DNA from: Perkinsus olseni
Taxonomy: Eukaryota
NCBI GenBank assembly: GCA_013115125.1
Contig: JABANN010000061.1
Location: forward strand, 62,001 to 88,421
Direction of reading: 5' to 3'
DNA: 26,421 bases
Each line of letters starts with the position of its first letter. Position 1 is the first letter of the stretch. The notes under the pieces are model-generated. The model saw only the letters and a list, made by a program, of their open reading frames with translations. It had not been told where the DNA came from and did not search any database. Shown piece by piece: positions 21,877 to 26,421 of this stretch. Both the position numbers and the translations under genes were made by a program.

Positions 21877-23332
21877 TCACGCCGCCACTGGCTCGCTGAC
21901 GGCCTGCGTCGACAGCGCGGCCATGCTAGCAGGGGGAGGAGGGGGACTGTCGACACCTGAAGTCTCCAACTGCCGCAGCCCCTCCTCGATATCTCCGGAC
22001 TCCTCAGTGCCCGTACGAGAGTCAACGGCATCATCAGGAGCTGCATCAGCATCACGGGCTCGACTCTGTGAGTGATGCAGGTGGCTCGGGGCGATGGGAT
22101 GTAAGAGCTCGTCACTACCCGCCTCTCGGACGAGTCCAAGCATCTCGATACGTTTACGACCTGACCCGAAGCCTCAGCGGAATCACTGGGTTGGAGTCGA
22201 CTTACACATGTAGCACTTGGTAGTCCGCAGTACCAGGTCCTTAGCACAGCCCTCGCACAGACCACCGTGCCCGCAAGGCAGCAGCACCACAGTTGCCAAG
22301 TCGTCCATACATATTTTACACGGGTGTGCGACCTAACCGTAGCACTCATCATAGTGAGCATAGCGTCATCACTGTAGCTACCTTCTCGTCAGGCGATGTC
22401 TCCCTTGACGTTGACGCATCGTCGTCGGGTACCGAGCCCCCATCCTCATCTTTATCAGACTTCTTAGCAGGCTCGCGCAGGCTGCCAATCCGGAAGTAAG
22501 TACCTAGGGCTCAGCCTCACCATGGTCGCGAGCGAGTACGGGAAGACACTCGGGAGTGCTCCTTGAGAAGCGAGTCGCAACCTACTGGATAACCGTTGCA
22601 AGCTGCGGACCTCATCGCACCGCTCCGTCGCGTTCTGCTCGAGAGCTACCACTGCCGCCGCCTCTTTCTCTCTCCTCGCCTGAATGGATCCGCACCTTCC
22701 AGTCTCAAAAGCCAATGTAATGAGCCCTAGTGGACGGCGAGATATTCCCGGCGACTAAGTCAACGAGAGTTACCCCACTCCCCGCCCTTACAGCGCTCAT
22801 CCTCCGCATGCCCGCTCGAAGGCAGTCCCGGCACATGGCGGCCCCGAAGGAGGTCTCTCGGTATATCCGGATAGCTCTCCCGCAGCCAGCGCATTGAACA
22901 ACCTACAGGGAAGAGCCTTCCATCTAGAGGTGGCCACGATTACGGTTCCAACCCATACGAATCACAAGAGCCGTACTTGACGACTTCGGAAGTACGGTAC
23001 CTCATATGATGAGGCTCATACGGTATGAGTCATACCGCACCATACCGAAATCTTCCCGTCCCCAACAAGCCCGCCCACCACGACGCGAACGAGATAGCCA
23101 GTTGATAGCATCCGACTCCGTCACCTACCACTGTATTCTGATTCCTCCAAAGCTCGCACCTCATCCGTACTATAAGATACAAAGTAACAATTACGGCGAG
23201 ACACAGGATTATAGCCGCTACTGCGATAGTCCAGGCAGCCCACGCGGGAAGGCCTCCAGCAGCGTCAGAGGCTCGACGAAGATTCCCGTAGGTCGTCGCC
23301 AACACGAACGATGAAGTCATGAAATGACCCAA
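21877..23332 (-). CDS. Predicted single-pass membrane RING-HC E3 ubiquitin ligase (IAP/MGRN1-like RING), multi-exon
   Basis: The RING is split by an intron and is absent from the ORF track: PCKICMDDLATVVLLPCGHGGLCEGCAKDLVLRTTKCYM|CRKRIE (about 22320-22150), with TGA at 21879-21877. Upstream exons give CAGC-x16-CRDC and a transmembrane helix WAAWTIAVAAIILCLAVIVTLYLI. The 5' exon linkage is tentative. Confidence 0.8.
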
Positions 23333-23566
23333 CCAGTGCTAATGATAACAACTGAATTACTCCCAAAAACTCATCCGATACCACCCCATGGGCAACTCAA
23401 GATTCTACAAGTAAAAACCAACCAACTTATTTCGGACATCACAACAATATTTTCCCGCAGCTATCTTCGCAGTGTCAGCACAGTAAAAGCTTCCCCACGC
23501 AGGAGCTCTCATTAGATCTAACGGTGTAAGCACAGTGATCCCCACAAGCACACGTCAGTCACTCCT

Positions 23567-24707
23567 TCAGCTCCCACCGCCCACGTAGTAGTCCATCACG
23601 CCCGGCGGAAGTGAATAGTCCTCTCCGATAGGCGTACTCGGGCTGTCGTCAATCGTGATAACGGCAGCCTCCCCTCCAAGCTCGGCGCTAGCCCTGGGAC
23701 CCCCGTCAGAGCCGCCCACCTTCCTCCTTCTACCAGCACCGCCAGCCTCTCCCACCGCCTCCTGTCGCTCTCTCGCGATCACCTCCGGATCCTCCATAGC
23801 ACAGATGTAGTCCCCCACCCTCTCTGTCTCCACTACGGGCATCCCCTCCCCAGTAGCCTGATCTCTCACTTCGAAATCCCATCGAGATCCTTCCAGCGCT
23901 TCCCGAAAGTGCAGACTATGCAGGAAGCAGCTGTAGACGCTACGCCGGACCCATACATCAGTCCACTCACTCTCCGTCATCCTCCCGATTGGCTCCATCC
24001 TAAGCTTGCACCTTTTTAAAAGCACATCTGAAGACAGAGAGCTGCTCACGCCATAAATCCAACCCTTCGAGGTCAGTTGCTCAGCACAGATTTCTATTTT
24101 CTTGAGTGACTTCGACACGCCTCCCCGTATCGCCCTAGTACTACAGCGCAACGGCCCCGAATCGTATACATTACAGTGATTATGATGCATTTCCGGATAC
24201 TACCCGAGAAGGCTACACAATGAAGACTCTGAGTGGAGGGAGTTACGCTACCCCACTAGGACACGATCCATCCAGCTGTCATCATATTACCTCCAACAAC
24301 GGTCGATTTCCTCTTTCGCCGCCGCTTCCCAGTCGGCTGTGCTGATGAAGCAGCCGGAGCCTCCGCTGCATCCGATTCCACTGCCGGCGTCGCTTTAACG
24401 GCCGCGTCGGCCGCGGAAGGCAAACCGGGAGTGCCGTCGAGATCACCTTTAAGCGATCAAACATGAACATCCCGTCATTCGGCCGGCGGACACTGTGCCG
24501 ATGATCCAGCCGGGGTGATGCAGCGAAAAGGGCGGTTCCAAGACAGGCAAAGGTTTAGCTTCTAGGGAGAAGAGCGACAATCATTTCTGCCGACCAAGAG
24601 CACAGCATCGCCTCTCTATCACCTTCCATCCTCCCCAAAGCTGCCTCCACGTTCCTCAGCCGCTTGGAGGGCCTCTCCAGCTGCTGCTGTATCGAGTCGA
24701 GACTCAT
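23567..24707 (-). CDS. Hypothetical protein, tandem paralog A
   Basis: MSLDSIQQQLERPSKRLRNVEAALGRME (coiled-coil-like), then an Ala/Pro-rich exon ending GKRRRKRKSTVVG, then a last exon from 24027 (DVLLKRCKLRMEP...VWVRRSVYSCFL...). The last exon is clearly similar to that of the gene at 25414-26421. One internal splice donor is unresolved. Confidence 0.68.
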
Positions 24708-25413
24708 GACTGTTGTTGAAATATCCTCACTGACACTGTACAAGGAAATTACCAAAGTTAACTTAGACGGAGCCCTAGAGGAACCCCTTCTACCGCCTCT
24801 GGACTGATTCTCTCTACTCCAGGAATCGTAGGGGTCTCGATGTCGCACAAGTCGTGATTTAACCGTTGCCGACTACAAACTCGATACGATCCGATAGTAT
24901 CTCCAGCGAGCGCAGTAAACTCGCGCCTCGGACCCAACAGGCAACAAAGGGTCCTCGACGTCACTCACAACATACTATGTAGTGCATAGTTCAACATGAG
25001 CGAAGACACAATTCTGGATTAACTCTAGCACTAGTGAGCCAGTCGTGCCTTTCGACACCAAAGTTTGGCGACCAAACGCGCGATACGAAGGCTGCAGGTG
25101 CGAACGGCGACCGATCCGCTCCCTAGCGAATCTAGAGTAAAGCCTTTGAATCCAGAAGGGAGCGTTGGGCTACAGACTACCCCCTCCCACCCTGACTACT
25201 CGGGCAAGCTTTGAACCACAACAGTATCAATTTACATAATAACCATCAAATGTAACAACACGTAAAAAATGATAATATCATAAACACACTACGACGACGT
25301 GGCGAGGATCAGCGCCAACCAAGGCCGAGAAAGTATACACATTAGTCAACTTCGGCCTGGCTCATACACAAAACACTAGCCACTGATAGGTTTCTTCCCG
25401 CGGTACTCGGCAT

Positions 25414-26421
25414 TCAATCCAGGAGCATCCAGTCCTGGACGCCCGGCTCCTGTATGAGGCCACCGTCAGCGGCGGGTTCCCGCTCGCCTTCACAGCTTTC
25501 GCTTTCACTGTCTTCAATGGTGCATATCTCTCTGGCTATGATGACTGGACTCTTGAAGTCCCTTATAACCTCAATAACTCGCTCGCGACTGTCCACCTCC
25601 CTACGCTCTCCATCCTTACCATCACGCGCCGAGAACTCCCAGGAATCAGGGTCCGCTTCGATTAACTCTTTGAAAATTTGGCAGTCGAGAAAGCAGCCAA
25701 AGACGCTTTTCCTCACCCACACCAATGCCGTGCGAGAAACAACGTGGGCATCCACGCCTTGCACCATGATAAGTTCACAGTTCCGTACACCTTCATCTGA
25801 GACAGATCGAAGGTTATCACAAGAACCGTCTAAGGCCAAGCAAGCATTCGCACGGAAGCTGCAATGGAGCCTAGTGACCGCTTATGTCCATAACCCTCTA
25901 GCAGTACCTTTCAGATCCGGACGTCGCCTCCTACGCCTTCTTGCAATAGGAGTAGCAGGAGTATCGCCGACCACCGGGCTATCCTGGGCGCATGGCGAGG
26001 CGTCGGCGCTGGCTCTGGGACTGCTGCGGGTGCTCGCAGATCCGGAGGAGATGCGTTCCCGAGCTCGCTTCCCTTGCTGAGGGGTGGAAGGCCCCACGCT
26101 GACGGTGCAGCACTTCGGACCTACAGGAGGTACATCGGATGGCGATTGCTCCTACAGATCGTACAAATATGATCCGTATCGTGGGGCTGTCCTGCTTCGA
26201 GAGCCTCTACGCGGTGCTTCAGGTGGATTGTTAGAGCCTTCAGCTCTTCTACTTGCCGCTGCAAGTCCTTTTCGAGGACCACCATCGAATGATAACACTG
26301 AGAAGGGTAACACTGTGAGCAGATAGCAGGGCGGTCGCGCTGGGAACAGCGCTGTGTCGATCACCCCCTGAGGGAGATCGAGGTGGGCGAGCGCTCCTTA
26401 CTTGTCTGTGACCGTCACAAC
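25414..26421 (-). CDS. Hypothetical protein, tandem paralog B (5'-partial)
   Basis: A Ser/Pro-rich exon ends ARRRRRRRPDLK (donor at 25907). The last exon from 25796 (DEGVRNCELIM...VWVRKSVFGCFL...WEFSARDGKDGERREVDSRERV...PVIIARE) is homologous to paralog A. Confidence 0.68.

Noticed and set aside
21630..22361. 243-aa minus-strand ORF
   Set aside because: It is an off-frame read-through of the RING exons, an intron and the 3' region; the RING motif lies in a different frame.
23340..26421. Retrotransposon or gag-like element
   Set aside because: No RT, integrase or transposase motifs, CCHC knuckle, LTRs or TIRs were seen, and the ORFs have spliceosomal intron structure.

Overview
Gene-dense, GC-rich eukaryotic DNA with many short (about 45-60 nt, some 100-290 nt) GT-AG introns. 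The style, together with a flagellar-assembly gene and a plastid-type NFU, fits a Perkinsus-like alveolate; this is inference, not a database result. Most ORFs in the supplied track are exon fragments or antisense shadows, so genes were rebuilt by hand-splicing. Left to right: a very large minus-strand gene (or two) with an intron-split SH3 domain that runs off the left edge; an intronless triple-CCCH zinc-finger gene head-to-head with WDR92/DNAAF10, with a tRNA-T-arm/B-box hairpin between them; a plus-strand coiled-coil gene; a poorly resolved minus-strand gene preceded by a nested palindrome; a complete CSB/ERCC6/Rad26 SNF2 ATPase; a two-domain plastid-type NFU with a hydrophobic leader; a predicted membrane-anchored RING E3 ligase; and two diverged tandem paralogs of an unrecognised family (NLS-like patch, PB1-like domain, SIM-like motif). 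No prokaryotic-type system, CRISPR array, rRNA or intact transposon is visible. The best novelty candidates are the paralog pair, the B-box element and the NFU targeting leader.
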